Shown here piece after piece: positions 10,255 through 20,544 of a DNA stretch of 64,000 nucleotides. Source of the DNA: an uncultured Nitrososphaerota archaeon. GTDB taxonomy: Archaea; Thermoproteota; EX4484-205; JAAOZP01. The notes beneath the pieces were generated by a model that searched no databases, was not told where the DNA came from, and saw only the letters and a list, made by a program, of their open reading frames with translations. The first letter of the stretch is position 1. Every line of letters begins with the position of its first letter. The stretch covers positions 80,785 through 144,784 of the forward strand of contig CAYQCW010000006.1 of NCBI GenBank assembly GCA_964416155.1. The letters run 5' to 3'. The position numbers and the translations under genes were made by a program.

Positions 10255-10390
10255 TACCCTTTTCTCAAGAAGATTCTGGCGAAGTTTAAGAAGTATTCGG
10301 CGGCGGTTAAAGATTCGTCTGGAATACGGCTTTCAACAACGTTCCACTCAGCCCCCTGGTGAAAGTGTTTAGGAAAGGTTTCGACGCGCC
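10255..10390 (-). repeat. Inverted copy of 1312-1447 (3' end of the DUF6516 gene)
   Basis: About 136 bp reverse-complement identity, read base by base. Confidence 0.95.
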
Positions 10391-10800
10391 TAATCTCCAA
10401 TCCAAACGATTTCTGGTCTACTCTTGAAATGCTCGTCGCCAGTTATGAGACTAGCGTCGAGAACCTCTGCCACAGCCAAGACTATCGCGTCGAAAAGACC
10501 AGGCTCCTTCAACCCGGTTTCCCTAGCCTTCTTCCTAAGCTCGTAATCCAGCTCTGCAGCCCTCACCGCTATATTCTTATCCACCGGAACGATTCTCGAC
10601 AGCTCGAAAATCTTGGAGAGCCTTGCCTCAACAGCATTGGCTTCAACGCGTTCCCTGCGGTATTTCCTGGCAAGCTCTGCGAGAACGATGTCCGGGGTAT
10701 ATATCTCATCGGCTCCGCTAAACTTCTCCATCACCCTTCTCCCCTTCTGGCTGCCGATGAAGAGTTCAACCCAAGCATAGGAGTCAGCCACGATCCTCAC
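10390..10800 (-). CDS. vapC: VapC PIN-domain toxin
   Basis: VADSYAWVE..E..DAIVLA..TGDEHF. Confidence 0.9.
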   Translation of the reverse strand: MRIVADSYAWVELFIGSQKGRRVMEKFSGADEIYTPDIVLAELARKYRRERVEANAVEARLSKIFELSRIVPVDKNIAVRAAELDYELRKKARETGLKEPGLFDAIVLAVAEVLDASLITGDEHFKSRPEIVWIGD

Positions 10801-10990
10801 CGCGGTCTTCCTCCGTAAACGGGTTTATCCTACCCCTATCTAGCCCGAAAACCTCTTCGAGCAGCTTCTGACGCCTTTCCCTCAGGAACCTTCTTATTAC
10901 TTCCTCCACGCTCCTAGCTCCCATCGCTTCTCTTAAAGCCTCTAACTCCGCCAGCGTCGAACGGGAGATTTTTATAGTACTCATTTCCAC
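10784..10990 (-). CDS. vapB: VapB-type antitoxin
   Basis: STIKIS..FTEEDRGEDR; overlaps vapC. Confidence 0.85.
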   Translation of the reverse strand: MEMSTIKISRSTLAELEALREAMGARSVEEVIRRFLRERRQKLLEEVFGLDRGRINPFTEEDRGEDRG

Positions 10991-11019
10991 TTTATACTTT
11001 CCACTTTACACCTTATAAA
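10984..11019 (-). promoter_or_regulatory. vapBC promoter: TATA plus 11-bp direct-repeat operator
   Basis: TTTCCACTTTA at 10984-10994 and 10998-11008, between the start codon and minus-strand TTTATAA (11013-11019). Confidence 0.55.
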
Positions 11020-11505
11020 TGTTTAGTCAAAAATCCTCAATAACGAGAGGAAATACGCTAAAAAGCGATTGTTCCTATAAGGTTTAGCTCAAAAAACAGC
11101 CTTTCAGCGGGGCAAAAGCGCGCGCTAATCAAGGAACGTCAGGCTGAGCCGAGGAACTGCTTATCAGTTAGCACACGCCGAAAAACCACGAGAATGGTTT
11201 AACCTTCTTCTCGGGGAAGAGGAAGACCATGAAGATGCTGAGACCTAGCGCCGCGTAAATACCGCTATTGCTCAGGAGGCTGGGAAGAGCTGGCAGAAGC
11301 GCGAAGCTCAGGATAAACTGGAGGGTTTCGAGGCCCTAAACCCTTATTAACATGAGGCTTAAAACCTTGCTTTAATAAAACTGAAGAACGCTTTTCAGCG
11401 TACAACTGGGAAAACTGGTCGTCGCCGCGTATCGCCGTAGCAGTTATGAATTCCTAAAGGGGAAAGATATAAAGGGCTTTGTTCCCTTGTTAACTTGGAT
11501 AAGAA

Positions 11506-11796
11506 ATGGGCGGCATCAAAGTCTACATATCAGACGGGTTGGAAAAAAGGTTTAGGGAAATGGCTATGAGGCTCTACGGGTACGGCAGGGGCTCGTTGAG
11601 CATAGCCTCAGAAAAAGCGTTTACAGCCTGGCTCTCTCAAGTTTCAGAAGTCCTAGATACTGCAGAATCCATAGAGGATCCTGTGGAAGCCATATACGGC
11701 ATGCTCTCCCACGTTAAGAAGACCGGGGTTGAACTCCAGCATGAGGCGCGTGAAGCCAGAGCGAGAAAAACCCTTGAGCACAGAACTTCTGCTTGA
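11506..11796 (+). CDS. vapB: RHH-type antitoxin
   Basis: IKVYISDGLEKRFREMAMRLYGYGRGSLS; overlaps the PIN gene. Confidence 0.8.
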   Translation: MGGIKVYISDGLEKRFREMAMRLYGYGRGSLSIASEKAFTAWLSQVSEVLDTAESIEDPVEAIYGMLSHVKKTGVELQHEAREARARKTLEHRTSA

Positions 11797-12193
11797 CTCC
11801 AACGTTTTCCTAGAGGTACAGCTGGCGGAGCAGCACGCGGAGGCTTGTAAGCTCCTCCTAGGCAGGATTAGGGACGGCCTCATCAGGTCAGCGATCACAG
11901 ACTTCCATGTGGACTCTATTGCCACAGTCATGGAGAACTACGGTAAAGGCTGGAAAGATCTAGCCGTATTCCTAGCCTCGCTACTCCGCTATAAAGGGTT
12001 GAGAATACACCCTATAGGTTTAGGAGGCCGAATTAAGGCCGCACACATCATGAGAGACTACGGTTTGGATTTCGACGATGCGCTCGCAGTCCAAGCACTC
12101 AAAGAGTTGTCAATAAACACGATAGTCTCCTACGACAATGATTTTGACACAGTGCAATGGGTTAAAAGGCGTACTCCCGAAGAACTGCTCTAA
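11729..12193 (+). CDS. vapC: VapC PIN-domain toxin (true start probably ~11774)
   Basis: LLDSNVFLE..LDFDDA..SYDNDFD. Confidence 0.9.
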   Translation: MNSSMRRVKPEREKPLSTELLLDSNVFLEVQLAEQHAEACKLLLGRIRDGLIRSAITDFHVDSIATVMENYGKGWKDLAVFLASLLRYKGLRIHPIGLGGRIKAAHIMRDYGLDFDDALAVQALKELSINTIVSYDNDFDTVQWVKRRTPEELL

Positions 12194-12300
12194 AACTCAG
12201 CCTACAAGGCTCTTCCATTGACACGCTTCTTGGCGTGCACCCTGTTTCCTTAACACTCAATCCTTCAAAAGTTTTAAGCGCTTAGACGCACTAGCGTGCC

Positions 12301-12528
12301 TTGCGAAAAAACCTGTTTGAATCAATATGTTTAAAAAGTTCATCAAAGCTTGCTGAGTTCGTGGTGGAGCTGGACAAAGAGTATCCGGACCTAAGGCTTA
12401 GAGAGGGTTTCCGCCACGCCGAGAACCTGCACGTAAACTTCTACGAGGACCACTTGCCGGAGGATTACGTCATCGAAAGCAAGCAGGTTATCTCGAGAGC
12501 TATAGAACAACTGCTGCGCAGGAAGTAA
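12301..12528 (+). pseudogene. PaREP1-family (HEPN-like) C-terminal fragment
   Basis: AENLHVNFYE motif; N-terminus missing; begins just after TAGCGTGCC (12292). Confidence 0.65.
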
Positions 12529-12667
12529 TCGGCATGAAAAGAGGCTAAGAACAAAAACATAACGCGCGCTGCCTCATGCTTTCCATCGCCAGGTGGAAGT
12601 TGAGCTTCGGTCCTCCCCACCCGCAGATCACGCTCGTCTAGCTATGCGTCATTTTAGCCTGCTCCCC

Positions 12668-12754
12668 GACGAACTCCTCGCCCTTCAGCTCCGTGTAGCC
12701 ATAGTAGTTCATGGGGTTGGGTTTGTCCTCCTCCGCGTACAGCCCCTTCTCGCC
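12668..12754 (-). pseudogene. Internal fragment of a second rmlD allele
   Basis: GEKGLYAEEDKPNPMNYYGYTELKGEEFV is 21/29 identical to the intact RmlD in this window. Confidence 0.85.
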
Positions 12755-12889
12755 TACTGGAATACACGAAGGTTGTTTCAGGCAAGGTTTCCCCATTCAT
12801 AATACTGGCCATTCTGCAGCACTCACCGATGACACTTTTCAACGTTAAACATTTAAAATCGGGCTTCTGGTTTCAAAGGAAGGGAGCAA

Positions 12890-13275
12890 TTGACCAAAGA
12901 GGAGGAGGAAAGAAATCTACTTAGAAGGTCGAGGGGTTTTCTGGAGACTGCCGAGTATCAGATAAGCAGAGGTTTTGATGATCTTGCAGCCTTTAGCCTT
13001 GAACAAGCGTTGCAACTTTTCTTGAAGGCGAAACTTTTAGTAGAAGGGATTGAATATCCTAGAACACATAGCGTTAGAGCCCTCTTGGAGATGTTGTCGA
13101 AAGTGGTTTCGGAAGACAAAAAGCCCAACGTTAACGGTGTTCTAGAAAAATACCTGCTGGAAGGCCTTTAGAAGATGCTTACATAACCTCCAGATATATA
13201 ATGAGGGAATTTACAAAACAAGAATTGGAGAAGCTCGCGAAGGTTGTGAGGGAGATAATGAAGGATGTCGCATGA
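12890..13275 (+). pseudogene. HEPN protein, frameshifted
   Basis: DLAAFSLEQALQLFLK..YPRTHS; 1-nt loss near 13168, then LEDAYITSRY in the next frame. Confidence 0.8.
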
Positions 13276-13581
13276 ATTTTTAATTAAAAGCGCGTTAAGG
13301 AAACGAGAGGTCTTTCAAAACCTCGCGAGATACCTTAGAACCATTAAAGAAACGGTCGGAAAGCTTGACCCCGATGCGGAATCTACATGTTCAGCTCGGT
13401 CGTTGAGGGAAAATACAATCTCTCGAGCGATATAGACGTACTCGTAATCACGAAATTGCATCCGGCCAAGGTTCATGCGGAACTCTGGAAGGCCAGGATA
13501 AGGGAGCCGTTTGAAATCCATGTGCAGATGCCGGACAAAGCGACTTTTTATGAGAAGAGAACGAAACTGGTAAAAATATGA
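13265..13581 (+). pseudogene. MNT nucleotidyltransferase, frameshifted
   Basis: Frameshift near 13380; FSS replaces the FGS motif; SDIDVL retained. Confidence 0.75.
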
Positions 13582-14178
13582 AAACGGCTCAGCGTTCGCA
13601 GAAAGATTGCTTGACATCATAAGGCTGCGGCTTGAAACCACGCCGTTTTGAAACCCTAGTAAACGACGAACGAGTCGCCGCCTACGAAATCCCTGCAGAG
13701 GGCAACTTCCTGAGCAATGCCTTTGGGTTCTCCTTGTGGAACATAGCTTATTCTCGTGTGCTATGCAACTCCACACTTTCAACAGTACCTCATACTTTAA
13801 AGCCGGCAACCATCTAGAAAATTAAAAACGGCATGTTTGTTAATTCATATTTGTATTTTCCCTATTCCTCATCGAATAGTGGAGCCCGCCCTACGTCTAT
13901 GCTCCGTAGCTGAATAAGAATTCATCACCCGGGTTCCAAGGTATGGGCTTCACCATTGCAAAAAAGTCCAAAAAAAGCTAGAAGGATTTTAACGCGTTCC
14001 TCTTCAAATAGACTATCCCCACATCAACCTCCTTAAGAGAATCAATCATTCCTTCCGTAAATTCATCGCAAACCAGAGTACCAAAGGTTTTAAAACCGGT
14101 TTTCTCGAAATAAGCACGAACAAGCTTCGATAGCTCAGCCACGTAGAGAGTGCCGTTGGGCAAAGACCTATTATGTAG

Positions 14179-15399
14179 TTATTGGTTGGCTGAATTTTCT
14201 AATATTTTCAATAACTCAAGCCATAAACAACATATCCTTTTATAACTGAATTTTTCGACCGCGGTTTTCCTTGCGTTTTCTGACAATTTTATTGCCAGTT
14301 CGGGATTATTCATGAGAGATTCTATAGCCGCTATATAGGACTCCGGATTCGGGAATACCAGTATTCCATTCTTACCGTTTTCTATAATCGATGGTACTTC
14401 GCCAAGAGCAGGTGCGATTATTATTCTCGCATTAGCCATAGCTTCTAATTCTGCATTCCCCAAAGCTTTTTGGAAAAAGACGAAGATCGGAATCTTCGTT
14501 AAATATTGTAGTAGCTTCTCCCTCGGAAGAAAACCTACGAATGCTACATTTGGCAGAATTTTAAGTTCTCCCTCATAGGGACCGCTTCCGAATATCCAGA
14601 ACTCAGTGTTAGGCATACGTTTATGAGCTTCTTTAATAACATGTAGCAGGATGTCGACGCCTTTTTCATCAGTTAATCGACCAATAAATCCAACCTTCGG
14701 CTTTTGGCCAATTTCATTCACTGAGATAACTTGACTTTTGGAACTCTCTATATCGACCCCTTGTGGTATTATAATTATCTTTTCTCTATCTAATCCTAAT
14801 CTAACCATTTCATCCAGAATTGATTGGTTCTGGACACAGATAACGTCGGCTAATTCACATATGACCTTCCCAAAGGCTATATGAGTGCTTCTACTAAATG
14901 ATCTATACGTTGTATTTTTTGAAAGGTACGGATAGACCCATGGCCACAAATTCCCCTCAGAGTATATAGTCTTGATACCAAGGATCTTAGAAATAATAAG
15001 CGGCAAGAGACCACTAAACATATTCGTAGTTCTGACGATTCTCGCCCCCTGTTTTTTCAACCCAATAACTTTCAAGGTTGCTAGAATTGAATACATTGGC
15101 ACCGAGAGCAAATGTATGATTTTTTCATAAACTGTCTTGACTGGGTATTGCTTTGCCGATGGGAAGTAGACTTGGGATATTAACAGGTTATCATTTATAG
15201 GAATTTTACCGTTATAGATTCTGTAGAAGGGAGATATAACGGTAATGTGAATATACTTGGACAGAAGAAGAGCAATTTCACATAGATTTTTCTCTTCACC
15301 CCCCTGCTTTTCTAAAATCTCGAGTAAGCCAGGGGATATAATCACAAGCCCGCCTTTCGTTTTCATAGATGAATTGGTAAACCTAACGGATCTATACAC
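14179..15399 (-). CDS. Glycosyltransferase family 4
   Basis: IGRLTDEKG, FGSGPYE, LEAMA GT-B motifs. Confidence 0.88.
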   Translation of the reverse strand: MYRSVRFTNSSMKTKGGLVIISPGLLEILEKQGGEEKNLCEIALLLSKYIHITVISPFYRIYNGKIPINDNLLISQVYFPSAKQYPVKTVYEKIIHLLSVPMYSILATLKVIGLKKQGARIVRTTNMFSGLLPLIISKILGIKTIYSEGNLWPWVYPYLSKNTTYRSFSRSTHIAFGKVICELADVICVQNQSILDEMVRLGLDREKIIIIPQGVDIESSKSQVISVNEIGQKPKVGFIGRLTDEKGVDILLHVIKEAHKRMPNTEFWIFGSGPYEGELKILPNVAFVGFLPREKLLQYLTKIPIFVFFQKALGNAELEAMANARIIIAPALGEVPSIIENGKNGILVFPNPESYIAAIESLMNNPELAIKLSENARKTAVEKFSYKRICCLWLELLKILENSANQ

Positions 15400-15663
15400 G
15401 GCAGACGAAGTTATGTTTTTGTTAATTTTTCGGTTAGAGTCTTCAGAGTAATCATAGAATGCTCTTCTCCAATTCTCAATTATTCTCTGCCGAAATTTTT
15501 CTCCAATGTAAGAGAAGCATTTATGTTAGAATTCACCCGAAGAAGTGTGAAAAGAGGGTTGAAGAACGCTAGTGTAAGATCTGGCACAAACCAGAAGAGG
15601 AAGCAGGCAAGACGAGTAGGTTCTAGACCGCTTAACATCTCGCGCCGATGTGATACTGTAACG

Positions 15664-18087
15664 TTAGTAGCGGAATAAAGTAAGTGAATACAACTCTATT
15701 ACAAACACTCCATTTTGAGTTGGTGTTACAAAAAGTACAATTTTGATTACTTTTCTTATGTCAAATCCTTGATCAATCTTAAGCCTATTGTAATCATTGT
15801 TGACTTTGAAGGAGCAAGATATATGTTGCAACTTGTTGGTTTTGAAACCTCCTGGCTGAAAGACTCTGCATTCAAGTTTAGCTCCATTCTCGTCTATAAG
15901 AAGCAAGCCAAATCCTTCTGATTGGGCAATCGTGGAATTGATAAACAGCCAGGCAGACAACCCATCCAAATCCGAAAAATCCTCGGGTTTTTCAAAATCC
16001 ATGACAAACTTTAAATTAAAACCTCGCACAGAATCATAAATGGCACTGAGAGACCAAGCACGTTCCGAGCCAATCGATACATTAAGGAGCTTGCTATCTC
16101 CCCCATCATTGAACGGATACCATATTGCTGATTTATTCGCCGAAGATTGCCTAGGAATGGGAATTGGCATTGGTTTGGAAAGGTTGGTGACTCTGAGTAC
16201 GACAGATTGTCCCGAACGGTACTCTATGAACGTGAATTCTCTAAACGCTTCCAAGTACTGAGAATTTGAGAAAGGTTTTGCAGTATAGGATATTCCGCTC
16301 TCAATGAAATCATAAAATCCCCAGTCAGAACTGATGTAAATGCGCTGAATCCCTTTGTCAATCAATAACGACCTTACCAAGAAATAGTCGAAAGGATTTT
16401 TGATGAGGGGAAGTAAATCCATATCGTATACTGTCGTGTTCACATAGCCAAATCCTATAAGTTGACGCGCCGGTTGTGAATAGTCTACAAGTACCTTGAG
16501 GAATGGGTTGTTCTTAGACATCCACTGGCAAACGATGTAGTCGTCCTCAAATCCTTCGTTATTCACCCAAAGCCAGCTCTTGGTGTTGAGCGTCTTGAGA
16601 GAAATCACATCAATGAGTTCAGGAAGAAGTATTATGACTAATATAGCTCCAATAATACTTTTGGCTATGGAAGAAAAAGTAAATCTTGTCCTAAATCTCG
16701 CCCCTCTTGCCACAACAATCATTAAGAGACACTTATCCGTATGTGATGCTCTTGAGAGCGCTTGAATCCCGGTTCGGATCATTGAGATTAAACTGAGGTA
16801 CAGCAATGGAGAAGCCGCTACAACACTTCTGAGCGGGACGAGAAAACCAATTGGCTCGAATGTAGGCAATACTACGTTCACCAACGCGGGTATACACATT
16901 GAAATTATCACGAAATGGTAGGATGGCATTTTCTTCTTCATGAGCAAACTGAAGAAGAACATGAGAGAATAGACAAACAAGGCTATGCCGACCGGGGTCA
17001 TTAAGAGGAAACGTGGTTCGACAATATACTCTCGGACAAGCCGTACGGTTGATATCAGGTATATCGCATTCTGTACAAATACCGTCAACCTAGGCCATAT
17101 CATTACTGCAATGATTAACGCAATGATTGAAAGTCCGGCTAGGAAGAGCCGTTGTTTTTTCCCCGTCAAAACAGACCTGTATGGGCTTTCTATACTCTTT
17201 CCGAAGGATAAGAGAAAAGGCACAATCAGAAAGAGCGCAAATACTGGGTACGTGACTAGCTCAAACAGAAAGATCAGGATTGCTACAACATAGTCCTTGT
17301 CACTTCTGCCTCGAGATAGGAGAAACACAAAAAGCAGAATCCCGAGTGAACCTAGAATCATAGGATACGTGCCATTCAAGAAGTACCCGAATAGATACTC
17401 TGTGAGGTACTTAGTACCACTGGAACATAACAAGAGCAAGGGTACTACTACAGCTAGGAGTACATTATTCGTCTCTTCAAAGGCCATGTCTGTAGCTAAT
17501 AACAGTAAGACGGAAAATATTACCCCAGATTCGATCAAGATAACCTCCCCCGGATACATGGAAGTAACACTTGATACAAGTGCCGCTAGCGTATGGAATC
17601 CGGATGGATAGTAGAAGGGCGCCGAGGAGAGCGGATGGTATGTTACAGGGATAGATTTGTGGAACATGATCAATGAAGTTATCATCATGTGAGTTAGAGG
17701 ATCCCCAAACGGGGGCCACTTCATATATGCAATCATGTGTGCCATTAGGCTATTTGTGACCAGCCAAATGACGAAACGAGAGACCTGTGTTCCCTTATCA
17801 CTCGCTGAGGCATGAGCTCGGAGTCTTCTTTGTATGGTAAGGATAATACCAAGGACAGAAAGGAGCATCAAGCTGATTGGTGCGATGGCGTAGATAATAG
17901 GAGACAGACATGAGATATATGCAACTATGATAATAAGCGTGAACCCAAAAGCTACCATGGCACTAGGGGATTTCGAGAAGGAACCCGGAGCTGTCAGCTT
18001 GATTCGATCCAGAAACAAATGGGCCAAGCCGTACGCAAGAGCTTGAAATGCTACTATCATCGTAAAGGCAGGTAGAAAAGACAGCAT
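15664..18087 (-). CDS. Polytopic membrane protein (GT-C/DUF6541-like) with C-terminal beta-sandwich domain
   Basis: More than 10 hydrophobic helices; GDPLTH..YYPSGFH loop; glycan-locus context. Confidence 0.6.
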   Translation of the reverse strand: MLSFLPAFTMIVAFQALAYGLAHLFLDRIKLTAPGSFSKSPSAMVAFGFTLIIIVAYISCLSPIIYAIAPISLMLLSVLGIILTIQRRLRAHASASDKGTQVSRFVIWLVTNSLMAHMIAYMKWPPFGDPLTHMMITSLIMFHKSIPVTYHPLSSAPFYYPSGFHTLAALVSSVTSMYPGEVILIESGVIFSVLLLLATDMAFEETNNVLLAVVVPLLLLCSSGTKYLTEYLFGYFLNGTYPMILGSLGILLFVFLLSRGRSDKDYVVAILIFLFELVTYPVFALFLIVPFLLSFGKSIESPYRSVLTGKKQRLFLAGLSIIALIIAVMIWPRLTVFVQNAIYLISTVRLVREYIVEPRFLLMTPVGIALFVYSLMFFFSLLMKKKMPSYHFVIISMCIPALVNVVLPTFEPIGFLVPLRSVVAASPLLYLSLISMIRTGIQALSRASHTDKCLLMIVVARGARFRTRFTFSSIAKSIIGAILVIILLPELIDVISLKTLNTKSWLWVNNEGFEDDYIVCQWMSKNNPFLKVLVDYSQPARQLIGFGYVNTTVYDMDLLPLIKNPFDYFLVRSLLIDKGIQRIYISSDWGFYDFIESGISYTAKPFSNSQYLEAFREFTFIEYRSGQSVVLRVTNLSKPMPIPIPRQSSANKSAIWYPFNDGGDSKLLNVSIGSERAWSLSAIYDSVRGFNLKFVMDFEKPEDFSDLDGLSAWLFINSTIAQSEGFGLLLIDENGAKLECRVFQPGGFKTNKLQHISCSFKVNNDYNRLKIDQGFDIRKVIKIVLFVTPTQNGVFVIELYSLTLFRY

Positions 18088-18215
18088 CTCTACAGCACCC
18101 TATAAGCTAAAACCGACTCATGAACCACGAAAGTTGGTGAACTTGTCATCTTACTATTAAACTATAAGTCTGATATGGTGTGACGCGGACCTGTGCACGA
18201 AATTTAAGTCGTTTT

Positions 18216-19086
18216 CTATTTGGAGCAAAAGAGGTTAAAGGCTTTCTTGAGTGTCAGAAGTCTTAAAGGACTCACTGGAGTCAGATTTCCATCTGGTTCT
18301 ATTAATTGAATATGAAAAGAAAAATCCAGCAGTTTTTCAATGACGCTTCTGGGCTCTATATGTATACTTCTTAGAAATTCCGGGTTGAATTCTAGAATTA
18401 GCTTTGTGTCTTTGGATGCTTTGATTAAGGACGACATGCCTTCGAGGGTTTCCAGCTCCCCTCCTTCTATATCAATTTTTATAAGGTCCGGGTTTCAATG
18501 GACCGTTTCCAGAATCGAAATACTCGTCCAATGAAATGGTTCTTACTGTTTCATAGTGACCCAAATCATCATGAAACAAGGAATGGGCTCCCGGATCAAA
18601 GGGATTTAGCCACAATTTCCTAATTCCGGTACGGTTCGAAATCGCATACCTCTCACATATCACGTTAGCAAAACGGTTGACATGTACATTGCGGCACAAG
18701 ATCTCATAATTTGCAGGATCGGGTTCAAAAGCAACCACCTTGCCTTCTTTGCCAACTAAGCCAGCTGCCAGTGTTGTGTAGTATCCCACATTGGCTCCAA
18801 CATCCACGAAGGTCCATCCCTTTCTGAGGATTCTAGAAATCAGAGTGGTAGTTCCAGGCTCCCAAATACCGGAGCTAATACAGGCTTTGCCCACTGGGCT
18901 GTTCGGATAAACGTATAGCAAAGAACCAGAGATTATCTTAGTCAACTGCAGGTCACGAAAATGAAAACGATACATCACCTCATAACCAAATTTCTTAAGC
19001 AGGGGGAATGAAGACAAACCTAGATTATGAGCGATTGTCGCTAGAGCAAACAAAACAGAATTGGCCTGTCTTCGATATTTGTTCAT
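18216..19086 (-). pseudogene. FkbM-family methyltransferase split by a +1 frameshift
   Basis: VDVGANVGYY, FEPDP; an extra base near 18490 shifts PDLIKIDIEGGE..LEF into the 18216..18437 frame. Confidence 0.85.
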
Positions 19087-19257
19087 TTTCTATATTCTAT
19101 GTGCTACACGCGCCATATGTCGCTTCGGCTGTATCATGAGATGTTGGTTAAGTTATATAACGCGCGCTTAGATATGAATAACTATCGGTGTCCAACTTAT
19201 TTCCGACGAAGAATCCCGTCTCTAACAATGGGGTGCTGTTCGGCCTAGCTCGTTCGT

Positions 19258-20439
19258 TCAAGTCTTGGACAGAATTTCCTCGTAAAGCTTTAGGATACTA
19301 CGAGTGATAATGTCTATTGAGAAGTTTGACTCGACAACGCTCTTGCAGTTTCTTGAGAATCTCTTCCGTAAGTCTTGGTCCTGTAATATAGCGTAGATTG
19401 CTTTGCTGAGATCGCTGGGCGCAGGTGAGGTCACAAAACCTACTTGTTTATCAATCCAATTCAATCTGTCTCCGAGAGTAGTGGTCACTATGGGGACTCC
19501 TGCTGCACATGCCTCCAGAAAGGTCAAGGGAAATCCAGAGAAAGAGGGAGTGACAAATACCTCAGCATCAATAAGGGCCTTCTGTTTGTCTTCGGGGCTT
19601 ACAAAACCAATGAAATAGATGGAATTGGATATGCCCAGACGCCTAGCCAAATACATGGCTTCACCAGCATATCCATCGTCTGGACCTACTATCACTAATA
19701 CTGTCTCTTTTGATTTCGTGATCTTAAGGAGTTCCGAGTAAGCACTGATTAAAAGGTCAATTCCTTTTGTCTTATGGACTCTACCCAAGAAAAGTATCAT
19801 CTTCTTATTGGTAGATATGCCAAACTTTTCTTTGAAAGATCCTTTTGGTGGCAGGTTAACATATTCTGACAAATCGATTCCATTAGGTATAATCGCGATT
19901 TTCTCGTCGGATACACCCATATCTCTATACTGCTTAGCTTCAGTCGAGCTTAGAGCGATAACCTTAGAAGCATCCCTCAACAACCTATAGCCAAACAAAG
20001 TATCATAAATCCACTTCAGCCTACGCCACGCCATAATCCTAGGGAGAGAACCATGAGCTTGCAAAACGTAAGGAACACCATACTTTTTCGCGTAGTAAGC
20101 TGTAACGATGTTTTGAAAAGTTCTGTGCTCATGAAGATGAATAACGTCAAACTTCTCAACTTCTTCTTTAGCACGTGAAACCAGTTGCGGTGTAATGAAT
20201 AGCTTAAACTTCTTAACAAGCGTCAAAGAGAGATTTCTGAAGCGGTGTACTCTTATTCCGTCAACATCATTGTCAGAATCTATCCTCAGCCTTGAGCAAA
20301 AATCTTTAGCATCACTTGCATACACGACAACCTCATGCCCCTTCTTGACAAGTTCCTTCGAAACCTGATATGCCACTTTAGCTGGACCACCAAAAGCGTA
20401 AGCGGGAGGAAAAGAGGGCACAACTTGAAGGATCTTCAA
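19258..20439 (-). CDS. Glycosyltransferase family 4
   Basis: FGGPA, IPNGID, LGRVHKTKG, LEACAAGVP. Confidence 0.92.
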   Translation of the reverse strand: MKILQVVPSFPPAYAFGGPAKVAYQVSKELVKKGHEVVVYASDAKDFCSRLRIDSDNDVDGIRVHRFRNLSLTLVKKFKLFITPQLVSRAKEEVEKFDVIHLHEHRTFQNIVTAYYAKKYGVPYVLQAHGSLPRIMAWRRLKWIYDTLFGYRLLRDASKVIALSSTEAKQYRDMGVSDEKIAIIPNGIDLSEYVNLPPKGSFKEKFGISTNKKMILFLGRVHKTKGIDLLISAYSELLKITKSKETVLVIVGPDDGYAGEAMYLARRLGISNSIYFIGFVSPEDKQKALIDAEVFVTPSFSGFPLTFLEACAAGVPIVTTTLGDRLNWIDKQVGFVTSPAPSDLSKAIYAILQDQDLRKRFSRNCKSVVESNFSIDIITRSILKLYEEILSKT

Positions 20440-20544
20440 TGTCCTTTCCCTTAATCCTTCTGAGCAGTTGCTTCCAATGTTTTCAAATTCGTGGGCAACT
20501 TTGTCCCAACCACATTTTTCAACTGTTTAACCCTAGCTCCCCAT

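Noticed and set aside
13600-14170. Short ORFs 13632..13817 and 13978..14163
   Set aside because: Probably a decayed gene, but no family could be assigned.
18485-18495. Programmed frameshifting in FkbM and TA genes
   Set aside because: No canonical slippery heptamer with a downstream structure; mutation or sequencing indels are more likely.
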